Source: Candidatus Poribacteria bacterium
GTDB lineage: Bacteria; Poribacteria; WGA-4E; WGA-3G
Direction: 5' to 3'
NCBI GenBank assembly: GCA_963665235.2
Contig: CAXXLX010000001.1
Coordinates: forward strand, 2,336,001-2,400,000
DNA: 64,000 nucleotides
Shown here piece by piece: positions 9,430-19,077 of the stretch. The first letter of the stretch is position 1; each line of letters opens with the position of its first letter. The translations under genes were made by a program, and so were the position numbers. The notes beneath the pieces are model-generated. The model saw only the letters and a program-made list of their open reading frames with translations, was not told the DNA's origin and did not search any database.

Positions 9430-11733
9430 ATGTCAGAATATACTGTTGTCGGCCAAAAAGTGCCGCGAGTTGATGCGGTTGAAAAAGTGACGGGGGCAGC
9501 ACAATACGGTGCGGATGTTCATCCTGCTGGCATGCTCTACGGCAAAATTGTTCGCAGTAAACATGCTCATGCGAATATACGCAGTATTGACACCAGTGAG
9601 GCGGAAAAACTGCCGGGGGTCAGAGCTATTATCACGCAGGACGATGTACCGAGCGGTCGTCGGGTTTTCGCAACCGATAAAGTGTTTTATCTCGGTGAAC
9701 CGCTTGCTGCTGTTGCTGCAACCGACCCGGATATCGCTGAAGAGGCCGCGGAACTCATCAAGATTGAATACGAAGTTTTGCCGGTTGTGCAGGATGTCAT
9801 GGAGGCGATTAAGCCCTCCGCCCCACGGTTACACGGTGATACAACAAAAGACGGTCCCAACCGTCGGGACATCAGCGCGAAAATTAAGGAGCTCTCTGGG
9901 GAGGGCACCGATAACGATAATGACCAAATCCGTGAACTTGAGGCGGAACTGGCACAGTATTCCGATGAAGTTTACTATAACATTTCCGCGGAAAGCCATA
10001 CTGCAGCGGGTGATGTTGAAAAGGGATTTGCCGAATCCGACGTAGTTGTTGAAAATACCTACGTTATTCCGCGTGTCCATCAAACCTACATGGAGCCGCA
10101 TGTTTCTGTTGCAAGTGCGGATTCTTCGGGTAAGGTCACCGTATGGGCATCCACGCAGGGCCCGTTTGCTATCCGTTCAGGTATCGCTGGTACGCTCGGC
10201 ATTCCGCTGACACAAATTAACGTCATCGGAACGACGATGGGCGGCGGTTTTGGCGGACGTTTTGGTGTTATTATAACGCATGTTCCTGCTGTGCTCCTGT
10301 CCCAGAAAGCGGGGCGTCCCGTTCGCGTGCAGATGACGCGGGAAGAGGAATTTCTTGATGGGAGACCTGCCCCCGGGTGCGTTATTAAACTAAAAACCGG
10401 TGCTACGAAAGATGGCCGTATCCTTGCACGGCAGGCCCTTGCATTTTGGGATTCTGGTGCTGTTTCTGGCGCATCTATCGGCAGCACGATTCGGGTGCGT
10501 GGGGTTTACAAGATTCCGAATATCAAGATAGACGCTTACGGCGTTCATACCAACAAATCTGGGACTGCCGCGTATAGGGCACCCGGCGCGCCGCAAGCTA
10601 TCTTCGCGGGAGAATCCCAGCTGGACGAGATAGCGGAACGTATCGGCATGGATGCCGTCGAGTTCCGTTTGATGAATATGCGTGAAGAGGGCGACGCTGT
10701 TCCCGCAGGAGGCAGTGAACCCAAAGTCGGTTACAAGGAGACTTTGGAGGCTGTCGCTGATGCCGCCGGATGGTGGGACCGAGACACCGACGAAAACGAA
10801 GGATGGGGTGTCGCTGTCGGAGATTGGACAAACGGTTGCGGGCCCGGTGGAGTCTACGTCTCCGTGCACGAGGATGGAAGTGCTCGAATTTTTCACGGCT
10901 CCATGGACATCACAGGAACGGATACAGCAATCACACAAATTATTGCTGAAATCTTGACTATTCCGTATAAGAACGTCACAATCCGACGGGGCGACACAGA
11001 CTCCGCACCCTATTCCACAGGCTCCGGGGGGAGTGTTGTCACTTTCACAATGGGGAACACTGCGAAACTGGCGGCGGAAGACGCAAAGCGACGTATCTTT
11101 CAACTTGCCTCGGAACGTCTTAACACCGACGCGGATACGCTTGAGCTCAGAGACGGTGCTGTGCATGTTGTCACTGCCGACCCTCCGAAATCTATTTCGT
11201 TAGGCGAGCTCGCAGCGTATAGTCTTTCCACGACCGGCGGCCCGATTGTCGGCAAAGGCTCCTTTGCAAGGCAGCCAAGCACCCCGGCACTCGCAGCACA
11301 GATTGCCAAGGTTCATGTAGACCCCGAAACGGGGAGAACCCGCGTGCTCAAACTTATTGCTTCTCAAGATGTCGGATTCGCCATCAATCCGATGGCGGTT
11401 GAAGGACAAATCGAAGGTGGAACAGTGCAAGGTTACGCCTGGGCGATGATGGAAGAGATGCAGTACGATGGAAACGGGAACGTCAATCCGGGCTTTGTTG
11501 ATTACCGCGTGCCAACCTCCGCCGATCTTCCGACGGTTGAATCCGTGATTGTTGAGATCCCCGCGCCGAACGGACCCTATGGTGCCAAAGGCGTTGGCGA
11601 ACCACCCATTACACCCACCTTGGCGACGATGGCAAATGCTGTCAAAGATGCTATCGGTGTCCGAATTACCGAATTGCCGATTAAACCGGAAAAGGTTGTT
11701 CAGGCATTGAAAAGCAATGGGCATGGTGCCTAG
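9430..11733 (+). CDS. Xanthine dehydrogenase family molybdopterin-binding large subunit
   Basis: RVDAVEKVTG, MEPH, GGGFGG, AYRAPG, GQIEGG..QG, GAKGVGEP. Confidence 0.96.
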   Translation: MSEYTVVGQKVPRVDAVEKVTGAAQYGADVHPAGMLYGKIVRSKHAHANIRSIDTSEAEKLPGVRAIITQDDVPSGRRVFATDKVFYLGEPLAAVAATDPDIAEEAAELIKIEYEVLPVVQDVMEAIKPSAPRLHGDTTKDGPNRRDISAKIKELSGEGTDNDNDQIRELEAELAQYSDEVYYNISAESHTAAGDVEKGFAESDVVVENTYVIPRVHQTYMEPHVSVASADSSGKVTVWASTQGPFAIRSGIAGTLGIPLTQINVIGTTMGGGFGGRFGVIITHVPAVLLSQKAGRPVRVQMTREEEFLDGRPAPGCVIKLKTGATKDGRILARQALAFWDSGAVSGASIGSTIRVRGVYKIPNIKIDAYGVHTNKSGTAAYRAPGAPQAIFAGESQLDEIAERIGMDAVEFRLMNMREEGDAVPAGGSEPKVGYKETLEAVADAAGWWDRDTDENEGWGVAVGDWTNGCGPGGVYVSVHEDGSARIFHGSMDITGTDTAITQIIAEILTIPYKNVTIRRGDTDSAPYSTGSGGSVVTFTMGNTAKLAAEDAKRRIFQLASERLNTDADTLELRDGAVHVVTADPPKSISLGELAAYSLSTTGGPIVGKGSFARQPSTPALAAQIAKVHVDPETGRTRVLKLIASQDVGFAINPMAVEGQIEGGTVQGYAWAMMEEMQYDGNGNVNPGFVDYRVPTSADLPTVESVIVEIPAPNGPYGAKGVGEPPITPTLATMANAVKDAIGVRITELPIKPEKVVQALKSNGHGA

Positions 11734-11752
11734 CTCGTTTAAAAACGGTATT

Positions 11753-11774
11753 TGCGAGGCATTCGTGCCTCGCA
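11753..11774 (+). terminator. Stable hairpin after the large-subunit gene (terminator or REP-like)
   Basis: TGCGAGGCA-TTCG-TGCCTCGCA perfect stem with TTCG loop; no U tract. Confidence 0.45.
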
Positions 11775-11804
11775 CGCCTAATAATACGGCAGAGGAGTAA
11801 ACTT

Positions 11805-12641
11805 ATGGCGACTCACATAACAACAGACCGCATCCGTTATGCTCCAACAGACACGGATGCCTTGTATCCAGAAACGGATGGTAAACCGATGGCAGCAACT
11901 GATATACATAGAAGAATTCTAATATGGGTTTTACAAGTCCTTGAGGCTCACTTCGCAAAAAAACTAGTGTATGTCTCCGGAGACATAATGATGTATTATG
12001 TTCTTAGCGAGTCGAAGACTATTGCGGTGTCTCCGGATGTGCTTATCACTTTCGGTATAGAGCAAAAACCGCGGCGTGTGTATAGAATATCCCAGCCGGA
12101 TAATCCGCATCCAGATTTTGTGGAGCCGGTGCCCGATTTTGTGATGGAGTTCACGAGCAAAGGGACGCATGAGGACGATTTAGGTCGTAAGAAGGATATT
12201 TATGCGCTGCTTGGCATTCCGAACTATTTCCTATATGATGCGGAGGGGTTGTATCTTCCTGTGCCGTTGATGGGTTTTGAGTTAGTAAATAATCGGTATG
12301 TCCGTATTCCTGAGGGTGTAGATGGGGGTATTCATTCATCTGCCTTGGGTTTAGATTTTCACCTTCGAGATGAGGAGGGTTTAGGTATCTACGACCCGGT
12401 ATTGTCGGAGTGGCTTAGGACTCCCGCGGAGGCGGCGACCTTGCGTGCTAATCAGGAAGCTATTGAGAGGCAGGCTGCCGAGGTTCGTGCTAATCAGGAA
12501 GCCATTGACCGGCAGGCTGCCGAGGCCCGTGCTAATCAGGAAGCTGCACGCGCGGAGCAGGAATCCATTGAACGCCAGCAGGCAGAAGCGGAGGTTGCAC
12601 GTCTCCGAGAAGAGCTTGAACGCCTGCAAACACGCCGCTAA
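11805..12641 (+). CDS. Uma2 family endonuclease with C-terminal coiled-coil repeats
   Basis: YPETDGKPMA, VSPDVLITFG, PDFVMEFTS..T...D...K..IY..LGIPNYFLYD. Confidence 0.93.
   Translation: MATHITTDRIRYAPTDTDALYPETDGKPMAATDIHRRILIWVLQVLEAHFAKKLVYVSGDIMMYYVLSESKTIAVSPDVLITFGIEQKPRRVYRISQPDNPHPDFVEPVPDFVMEFTSKGTHEDDLGRKKDIYALLGIPNYFLYDAEGLYLPVPLMGFELVNNRYVRIPEGVDGGIHSSALGLDFHLRDEEGLGIYDPVLSEWLRTPAEAATLRANQEAIERQAAEVRANQEAIDRQAAEARANQEAARAEQESIERQQAEAEVARLREELERLQTRR
12444..12545 (+). repeat. 42-bp in-frame tandem repeat (RANQEAI(E/D)RQAAE(V/A)), about 2.4 copies
   Basis: CGTGCTAATCAGGAAGC recurs at 12444, 12486 and 12528. Confidence 0.85.
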
Positions 12642-12734
12642 TGCACTATCAACTTGATGCTTTAGAATCCTTACCACGACGACGAATGGATTGAAAATCC
12701 GCTTTGACAAAGTGGGTTAAAAAGGTAAAAATTT

Positions 12735-13451
12735 ATGTTTAACGAAATCAGAAACGAACACGGCGAACGTCTCGATTATACATTTCACGAAGGTACGGGC
12801 AAAAAAATTGTTGTCATCGGACACGGCGTTACAGGTAATAAGGACAGACCCGCTCTCATCGCTTTGGCAGAAGGGCTCGCTACTGCGGGTATTTCTGCTC
12901 TCCGCTTTTCTTTCTCTGGCAACGGCGAATCGGAAGGTGCGTTTGCAGACTCTACTATTACCAAAGAGGTGGCGGACCTCGGTAGTATCATTGATGCTCT
13001 CAATGATTACAAAGTTTGCTATGTCGGGCATAGCATGGGAGGCGCGGTCGGTGTGCTACGTGCCGCTACCGATGAACGCATTCAAGTGCTTGTCTCGCTG
13101 GCAGGGATGGTACATACCGAAGCGTTTGCTCAACGCGAATTTGGCGATGTCACTCCCGATGAAGGGTTTATGTGGGACGAACCGGATTGTCCCCTTTCAC
13201 AAACCTATATGGACGACATGGCGACACTCGATAGCGTTGCAAAACATGCAAGTCAATTTGGGGGGCCCTGGCTGTTAGTCCACGGCACAGAAGATGACAT
13301 CGTTCCAATTGGGGATAGCCACGACATCCTTCAGTTCGCGAACGAACCCACGGAGCTCCTTGAACTCCCCGGCGTAGACCACGTTTTCTCAGGCGACGGC
13401 ACCCCTGTTATGGTCGAAAAGGTCGTGGCGTGGATTAATCGAAACTTATAA
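12735..13451 (+). CDS. Alpha/beta hydrolase
   Basis: HG oxyanion motif, GHSMGG nucleophile elbow, HGTEDDIVP, DHVF. Confidence 0.92.
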   Translation: MFNEIRNEHGERLDYTFHEGTGKKIVVIGHGVTGNKDRPALIALAEGLATAGISALRFSFSGNGESEGAFADSTITKEVADLGSIIDALNDYKVCYVGHSMGGAVGVLRAATDERIQVLVSLAGMVHTEAFAQREFGDVTPDEGFMWDEPDCPLSQTYMDDMATLDSVAKHASQFGGPWLLVHGTEDDIVPIGDSHDILQFANEPTELLELPGVDHVFSGDGTPVMVEKVVAWINRNL

Positions 13452-13478
13452 CCGTCATTCGCGATAAGGATAAGTGTA

Positions 13479-13706
13479 ATGGCATATATTGATAAGGTCA
13501 AGGAAGAAATTGGATGGTTAAAGGTAATATTTGCCATTTCAATTGCCACGGATATTTCTTTGATTGCTTGGTTGATTCAAAGTTATGGGAAAGTTAGATT
13601 GCTCCTTTCTATGCTTGGAGCGTTAGCTGCCCTTCTAATTATGTTTATCATTGTTTGGATTAATAGAATTGCTTATCGAAAAATTGATGAATTGGAGGAT
13701 TTATGA
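13479..13706 (+). CDS. Small two-TM membrane protein
   Basis: 75 aa with two hydrophobic helices; TAAGGA upstream. Confidence 0.7.
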   Translation: MAYIDKVKEEIGWLKVIFAISIATDISLIAWLIQSYGKVRLLLSMLGALAALLIMFIIVWINRIAYRKIDELEDL

Positions 13707-13807
13707 TGGACTGGATGGAATGGGTCATCACTGGTGTGTTCGTAGCGTTTTTTGTCACCCTCGGTATAGTTGTAGGCACTGCTATAAGGCACGCAAATAA
13801 AAACTAA
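13703..13807 (+). CDS. 34-aa single-TM peptide MMDWMEWVITGVFVAFFVTLGIVVGTAIRHANKN (not in the ORF track)
   Basis: ATGA overlap with the upstream stop, GGAGG RBS, hydrophobic core with a basic tail. Confidence 0.55.
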   Translation: MMDWMEWVITGVFVAFFVTLGIVVGTAIRHANKN

Positions 13808-13900
13808 ACGCCTAACGACACAACGCAGGCCGCGTATTGTTTTCTGCATCTTCTTACACTAAATTAATGAACAAACACAACTCCTTTAGTGGACTAAAAA

Positions 13901-15058
13901 ATGAGTCAAGCACACTTAGGATACAAAAACAGAGTGAATTTGGGGAGCTACTACACGCCGTCTGAAATTGTCCGGACAGCGTGGGAGATGCTCGCGCCTT
14001 ATGTAAACCCACAGACCACTATCATTGATAGCGCGTGTGGATACGGGGATTTTCTGAAAAAGCGTGGGCAGGCTATCACAATTGGATGTGATATAGACGA
14101 AACTGCAATTGATGTTGCCCGAAAAAACAGCGATGACGTTCGGTTCTTTCAAACGAACGCTTTGCACGACGTATCAAGGGCAAAATTCGGTATTCCTAAG
14201 CAGGCCCATTTGATAGTCGTTGGAAATCCACCCTATAATGACAGAACATCGCTTATTCGTCACAGTATCAAAAGTGTCAATTTTGACATTGACGAAGATA
14301 TAGCGAGCCGGGATTTAGGCATATCGTTTCTCCGTTCCTATAATAAACTCGAAGCAGACCTTATTTGTGTCTTGCATCCACTGTCCTATCTAATTAAGCC
14401 TACGAACTTTAGACAACTAAAGGAGTTCACTGCAAATTACAGATTGATAGAAGGGCTACTCATCAGCAGCTGGGAATTCCCTGAATCTGCAAAACGCACG
14501 CCTTTTCCAATTGTCCTCGCGCTTTACGAGAGAGACACACAAGGAATGACGTACAATTTTATCCGTTCTTTCTGTTTTCGTCCAGCAGGTAAAAGCGGGT
14601 TTTGTCTCGATGATTTCGATTATATTACGGGTTACGTTGATAAATATCCGAAGAAGAAGCAACCGATTTATGTGGACGAAAACAGCAATCGCTCCGAAAA
14701 AGATGAGCCGCTGTTCTTTTGGACAATGCGAGACATCAACGCACTGAAAAGAAACCGCACGTTTGTCGAAAGCTATAGCGCGAATACAATTATCCTTGAC
14801 AAACGAAAGTTAGATTACTATGCCTACGTGGATGTGTTCAAAAGAAACCTGCATAGGCTGCCTTTCTATTTCGGGAATTGTGATGTGCTTATAGATGATA
14901 ACCTGTTCAGGCAATATAAATCGGCTTTCATCAGTGATACTGTTAGACATCACCCTTTCCTGAAAAAACATTTTCAGATACATCCGATAGAGAAGCCGCA
15001 AGCTGCTGCTGGATTGGATATGTATTTCAAATCGTTGCTAGGTGAGCATCATGTTTAG
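13901..15058 (+). CDS. N6-adenine DNA methyltransferase, M.PabI/M.HpyAXII-like
   Basis: LGSYYTP, motif I DSACGYG, motif IV GNPPYND; blocks SRDLGISFL, ICVLHPLSYLIK and MRDINALKRNRTF recalled from PabI-family methyltransferases. Confidence 0.85.
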   Translation: MSQAHLGYKNRVNLGSYYTPSEIVRTAWEMLAPYVNPQTTIIDSACGYGDFLKKRGQAITIGCDIDETAIDVARKNSDDVRFFQTNALHDVSRAKFGIPKQAHLIVVGNPPYNDRTSLIRHSIKSVNFDIDEDIASRDLGISFLRSYNKLEADLICVLHPLSYLIKPTNFRQLKEFTANYRLIEGLLISSWEFPESAKRTPFPIVLALYERDTQGMTYNFIRSFCFRPAGKSGFCLDDFDYITGYVDKYPKKKQPIYVDENSNRSEKDEPLFFWTMRDINALKRNRTFVESYSANTIILDKRKLDYYAYVDVFKRNLHRLPFYFGNCDVLIDDNLFRQYKSAFISDTVRHHPFLKKHFQIHPIEKPQAAAGLDMYFKSLLGEHHV

Positions 15059-15093
15059 CAATCTACTGGTTGCAATTTTGGAGAATTAAAACT

Positions 15094-15919
15094 ATGTCAA
15101 CACCCCGTCTTTCCGTATCAACGTGGAGTTTGCATCGACAACTCGGAAAACCCGGATTTACCGGCCCCGCGCACGGCATGCAAATTCCTACGGAAACCCA
15201 TAACACCGGGCCTATTTCACTTCTGGAATTGCCCGGACGCATAGCCGAATTTGGCATTAACACTGTGGAGGTTTGTCATTTTCACCTCCCATCCGTTGAA
15301 AAAACTTACCTATACGAACTCCGCGCTGCGCTCCAAGACGCGGACGTTGAACTTTTTTCTCTGCTGATTGACGAGGGCGACATTACGCATCCATCCGAAG
15401 CAGCGCGTGACATCGCTTGGATTGAGAAGATGGATTGACATTGCTGGCGAACTCGGTGCGGGATGCGCGCGCGTCATTGGCGGCAAAGCGGCACCTTCCG
15501 AGGCAACCTTGGCACAGAGCCGCACTGTTCTCGCCCAGCTTGCCGAACGCGCAAAAACCGCCGGCATCCGCCTCATGACCGAAAATTGGTTCTCTATCCT
15601 CTCCACGCCCCAAAACGTCAACGCCGTTCTAGGCGAATTAGAGGATAAAGTCGGGTTATGTCTAGACTTCGGCAACTGGCGGGGAGGGACAAAATACGCG
15701 GACCTCGCCGCAATTGCGCCGATGGCTGAATCGTGTCATACCAAAGCACATTTTCCCGCACCACGCGAGATGGATAAGGAGGATTATGTGCAATGCCTTG
15801 AACTCACCCAAAAAGCGGGTTTCGCCGGACCGCATACGCTTATTTATGACGGTCCCGGGGACGATGAATGGGAAGCCTTAGCACTGGAACGTGAGGTCGT
15901 AAACCCATACCTTAACTAA
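15094..15919 (+). pseudogene. Sugar-phosphate isomerase/epimerase (xylose isomerase-like TIM barrel), frameshifted
   Basis: ORFs 15094-15438 and 15368-15919 join if one base is removed at ATTGAGAAG-A-TGGATT (about 15430), giving IEKWIDIA; motifs ENWF and CLDFGNW. Confidence 0.8.
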
Positions 15920-15939
15920 AAAATTGGGAGGAGCTAACG

Positions 15940-16170
15940 ATGGCTTCTAATGCTATTACCACGATTACCCGAATGATGGAAACACTGCCCGAGTCGTTGC
16001 AGAATCAAATTGTGGAGCATCTACGTGAGTACATTGCGGAGTTAGAGGATGAACTTCGCTGGGAGGTGTCTTTCAACAGAACGCAAGAACAACTCATCGC
16101 GGCCGCACATCGTGCCAAACAGGAAATCGCCGAAGGAAAAGCTGAACCGATGGATTTGGAGCAGCTATGA
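15940..16170 (+). CDS. Putative type II antitoxin
   Basis: 76 aa, acidic, ATGA overlap with the toxin; GGAGG RBS. Confidence 0.75.
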   Translation: MASNAITTITRMMETLPESLQNQIVEHLREYIAELEDELRWEVSFNRTQEQLIAAAHRAKQEIAEGKAEPMDLEQL

Positions 16171-16430
16171 AATCTGCAACACTACCTTCGTTTTGGACAG
16201 CTTATCAAACCCTTAACGAAACGCTTAAGAATCAAGCCAAGAAGGCCTATCAGCTATGGATCTCCAACCCATTTCATAACTCTTTGCGTTTCAAATGCAT
16301 TAATAGCAAGGAAAGAATTTGGTCCGTGAAGATCACTCGCGGCTATCGTGCAGTTGGCATCTTAAAGGAGGATACGGTAACATGGTTTTGGATAGGACAT
16401 CATGATGACTATAAACGCTTTTTTGGATGA
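16167..16430 (+). CDS. RelE/ParE-like toxin
   Basis: 87 aa, basic; NPFHNSLRFK, WSVKITRGYRAVG, WFWIGHHDDY. Confidence 0.85.
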   Translation: MKSATLPSFWTAYQTLNETLKNQAKKAYQLWISNPFHNSLRFKCINSKERIWSVKITRGYRAVGILKEDTVTWFWIGHHDDYKRFFG

Positions 16431-16479
16431 TGCCAACCTATTATTCAATTTGCGTAAGAACTGCCCTAAGGATAAAAAT

Positions 16480-17322
16480 ATGTTTTCACTATCACAAACA
16501 CAACACAGTCTCACTATCGCTTGGAACGACCAGCAGGTCTTAGGTTACCATTTTCCGGAAGATGGCAACCGTCCCTTTTGCCACCCGCTGAATTTACCGG
16601 GCGCGCCGCCGCTTACCATGAACGAACCCGGCGATCATGTCCATCATCAAGGGTTATGGGTGGCGTGGAAAAAGGTCAACGAAGTCAACTTTTGGGAGCA
16701 ACCCGCGCGAGGTGCCGATCCGACCGGTTTCGGCAAAATCGTTCATCAGCGAATTGTTTCGCTAAATACCACTCCCGACAGCGCGAGTTTAGCAGCAGAA
16801 AACGCATGGATAGATTGGCAAGGCATAACGCATCTCACAGAGCATCGCAAAATAACCGTTCAGGCCCCCGATGTCGATGCCATGCAGATTGCGGTATCAT
16901 TGACACTTCGCCCAAACGACCGTGAAGTTGTCCTCGATTTACGACGCGGCGAGCCCGGTGCGGATGGCAGATACTACAGCGGTATGGCTATCCGATTTGA
17001 CAATAGCATCACACCGGGCAATCTGTTAGATGCTGATGGACGCACCGAACCGATGGATATCTTCGGCAAACAGAGTCGGTGGTGTAGTTTTACCTCACAA
17101 CACCCCTCTGACGATGAAACCTACGGTGTTGCAATTATCGATCATCAGGATAATCCGCGTCATCCGACGACGTGGTGGGTGCGTAATCGCGAGAACTACT
17201 GTTTAATCCATCCGTCACCTGTCTATTATGAACCGTTCCATCTTGCACCTGATGAAACTTTGACGTTGCGGTATAGAGTCGTGCTCTACCGCGGCGAACC
17301 CAATGCAGCGTTATTTGCGTAA
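16480..17322 (+). CDS. PmoA-family (DUF6807-like) soluble beta-rich protein
   Basis: RPFCHPL, PGDHVHHQGLW, NFWE, DHQDNPRHPTTWWVR. Confidence 0.8.
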   Translation: MFSLSQTQHSLTIAWNDQQVLGYHFPEDGNRPFCHPLNLPGAPPLTMNEPGDHVHHQGLWVAWKKVNEVNFWEQPARGADPTGFGKIVHQRIVSLNTTPDSASLAAENAWIDWQGITHLTEHRKITVQAPDVDAMQIAVSLTLRPNDREVVLDLRRGEPGADGRYYSGMAIRFDNSITPGNLLDADGRTEPMDIFGKQSRWCSFTSQHPSDDETYGVAIIDHQDNPRHPTTWWVRNRENYCLIHPSPVYYEPFHLAPDETLTLRYRVVLYRGEPNAALFA

Positions 17323-17523
17323 AGCGTTTGACCTCTAAATAATTCGACTCAACGGAAGATGCCCATAATGCAATACACCGCCTCCGCGAATTGCTGTGTG
17401 TTGAACCGAGTATCCACGGCGGAAGAAATCTCGGTATAATCTTGAAAAGGAATGGGAAAAATTGAAGCGGTGAGACAACATGTAAACTAAAAAAAATCAA
17501 CACATTTTTTTGCGAAAAGGTTG

Positions 17524-17552
17524 TTGACATCCCAACTGTTTCATGCTACAAA
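17524..17552 (+). promoter_or_regulatory. Sigma70-type promoter
   Basis: TTGACA-N17-TACAAA with an extended TG. Confidence 0.5.
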
Positions 17553-17658
17553 GGATACTTGACGAAAACGATACGGAAAATAGCCGAAATATCAAAACCG
17601 ACTGACTACGAGTAGTGGCTAAATCGAGGCACGCGATAATACCGATAAAGGAGAAAGC

Positions 17659-17745
17659 ATGAACGAATTGCAAGATGTAGAATCCCAAAGCGAAATTCTA
17701 GCGGTTGCTGATTCGGATTATGCGCCAACGTTTGAAGGATTTTAA
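17659..17745 (+). CDS. Putative 28-aa acidic peptide MNELQDVESQSEILAVADSDYAPTFEGF
   Basis: AAAGGAGAAAGC-ATG strong RBS downstream of a sigma70 promoter. Confidence 0.4.
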   Translation: MNELQDVESQSEILAVADSDYAPTFEGF

Positions 17746-17829
17746 CGTAGAGGTGATAGATGGCTAATACCAATTCTGATTGGCGACTCCTTTTAATTTT
17801 ATAAACATACCGCCCTTGAGGAGCAGGTC

Positions 17830-19077
17830 ATGCAAAAAACAACTCACACATCCAAAAGGCGAGACTTTCTGACCACAATAGGCAAAGGGGCACTGTTCGC
17901 CAGTTTGGGTGTGTTCGGCGCGGGATGTGAAGCTGTCAACCGGGGGCTGTTGGACAGAGGACTCGTGCCCATTGGCTTAGTGGACGCGCAGGAGGCGGGA
18001 CTTCCAAAATCGGACATGCTCGTCCATTCAGAAGCTCCGTTTAATGGCGAGTTCGCGCCGCACCTGCTCAATGACAATGTTACCCCCACAGCACGACATT
18101 TTGTCCGGAACAATAGCGGTATCCCAGAACGAGCGATAAAACAGGAGCTGCACGGATGGAAACTAATCGTAGATGGTGAAGTGCATAAGACGCTTACCCT
18201 CTCAATGGATGACCTTACACGTTTTCCGCAGGTCACCATGGAGGTGGTATTGGAATGCGCGGGGAATGGGAGAAGTCTCTTTTCGCCAGAGGTTAGCGGA
18301 ACACCGTGGCAACGCGGTGCCGTTGCCTGTAGTCAATGGACAGGGGTGCGGTTGCGGGATGTTTTGCAAACCGCCGGTTTAAAGTCGAGTGCTGTCTACA
18401 CCGGAAACTACGGCGAAGATGTACCGTCTGATGGAAGTGAACCGTTTTCACGCGGCATTCCGATTGAGAAGGCGATGGACGAACACACACTTATCGCGCT
18501 GAAGATGAATGGTGAATTATTGCCCGCAGCACACGGATTCCCCGCAAGACTGCTCGTTCCCGGATGGATTGGCAGTGCGATGCAAAAGTGGCTCAACCGT
18601 ATCTGGGTGCGGGACAAAGTTCACGACTCCGAAAAAATGAGTGGATACGCCTATCGAATTCCGGCTTATCCGATAGCACCCGGGAAAAAACCCCCGGTTG
18701 AGGATATGCAGATTGCGACTGCATGGCAGGTTAAATCGCTCATTACCCTGCCCAAATCACATCTTGAACTACTCAGTAGGGGCGCGCCTATAAAGGTGAG
18801 AGGGCATGCATGGGCAGGCGAAAACCGAATTGATAAAGTGCTCGTCTCTGTAGACTTCGGTATCCGGTGGCAGGAGACGCAGTTAATTCCGCCATCGAAT
18901 AGATATGCATGGTATCATTGGGAAACGGAGCTCGCCTTTACAAACAGAGGTTATTATGAAATATGGGCACGCGCCTATGACAGGACAGGCAACGCACAAC
19001 CCTTTAATCAACCATGGAACCCAAAGGGTTACCTCGGCAATGTTATTCATAGGGTGCCTATCTCGGTAGTTGCATAA
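17830..19077 (+). CDS. Sulfite oxidase family molybdoprotein (SorA/SoxC-like), Tat-exported
   Basis: KRRDFL Tat motif, HFVRNN, Mo-ligand LECAGNGR, HGFPARLLVPGWIG, WNPKGY. Confidence 0.93.
   Translation: MQKTTHTSKRRDFLTTIGKGALFASLGVFGAGCEAVNRGLLDRGLVPIGLVDAQEAGLPKSDMLVHSEAPFNGEFAPHLLNDNVTPTARHFVRNNSGIPERAIKQELHGWKLIVDGEVHKTLTLSMDDLTRFPQVTMEVVLECAGNGRSLFSPEVSGTPWQRGAVACSQWTGVRLRDVLQTAGLKSSAVYTGNYGEDVPSDGSEPFSRGIPIEKAMDEHTLIALKMNGELLPAAHGFPARLLVPGWIGSAMQKWLNRIWVRDKVHDSEKMSGYAYRIPAYPIAPGKKPPVEDMQIATAWQVKSLITLPKSHLELLSRGAPIKVRGHAWAGENRIDKVLVSVDFGIRWQETQLIPPSNRYAWYHWETELAFTNRGYYEIWARAYDRTGNAQPFNQPWNPKGYLGNVIHRVPISVVA

Noticed and set aside
7641-11733. Aerobic CO dehydrogenase (coxMSL)
   Set aside because: The large subunit lacks the AYxCSFR and AYRGAGR signatures.
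15436-15438. Selenocysteine UGA read-through
   Set aside because: The homologous sequence continues in a different frame, so this is a frameshift rather than an in-frame UGA.
16480-17322. Particulate methane monooxygenase
   Set aside because: The protein is soluble with no TM helices, and pmoB/pmoC are absent; the family name is misleading.
17340-17470. Moco riboswitch upstream of the sulfite oxidase
   Set aside because: Only isolated words (GGAAGAAAT, GCCTCC) match and they are in the wrong order; the region lies upstream of the likely promoter.
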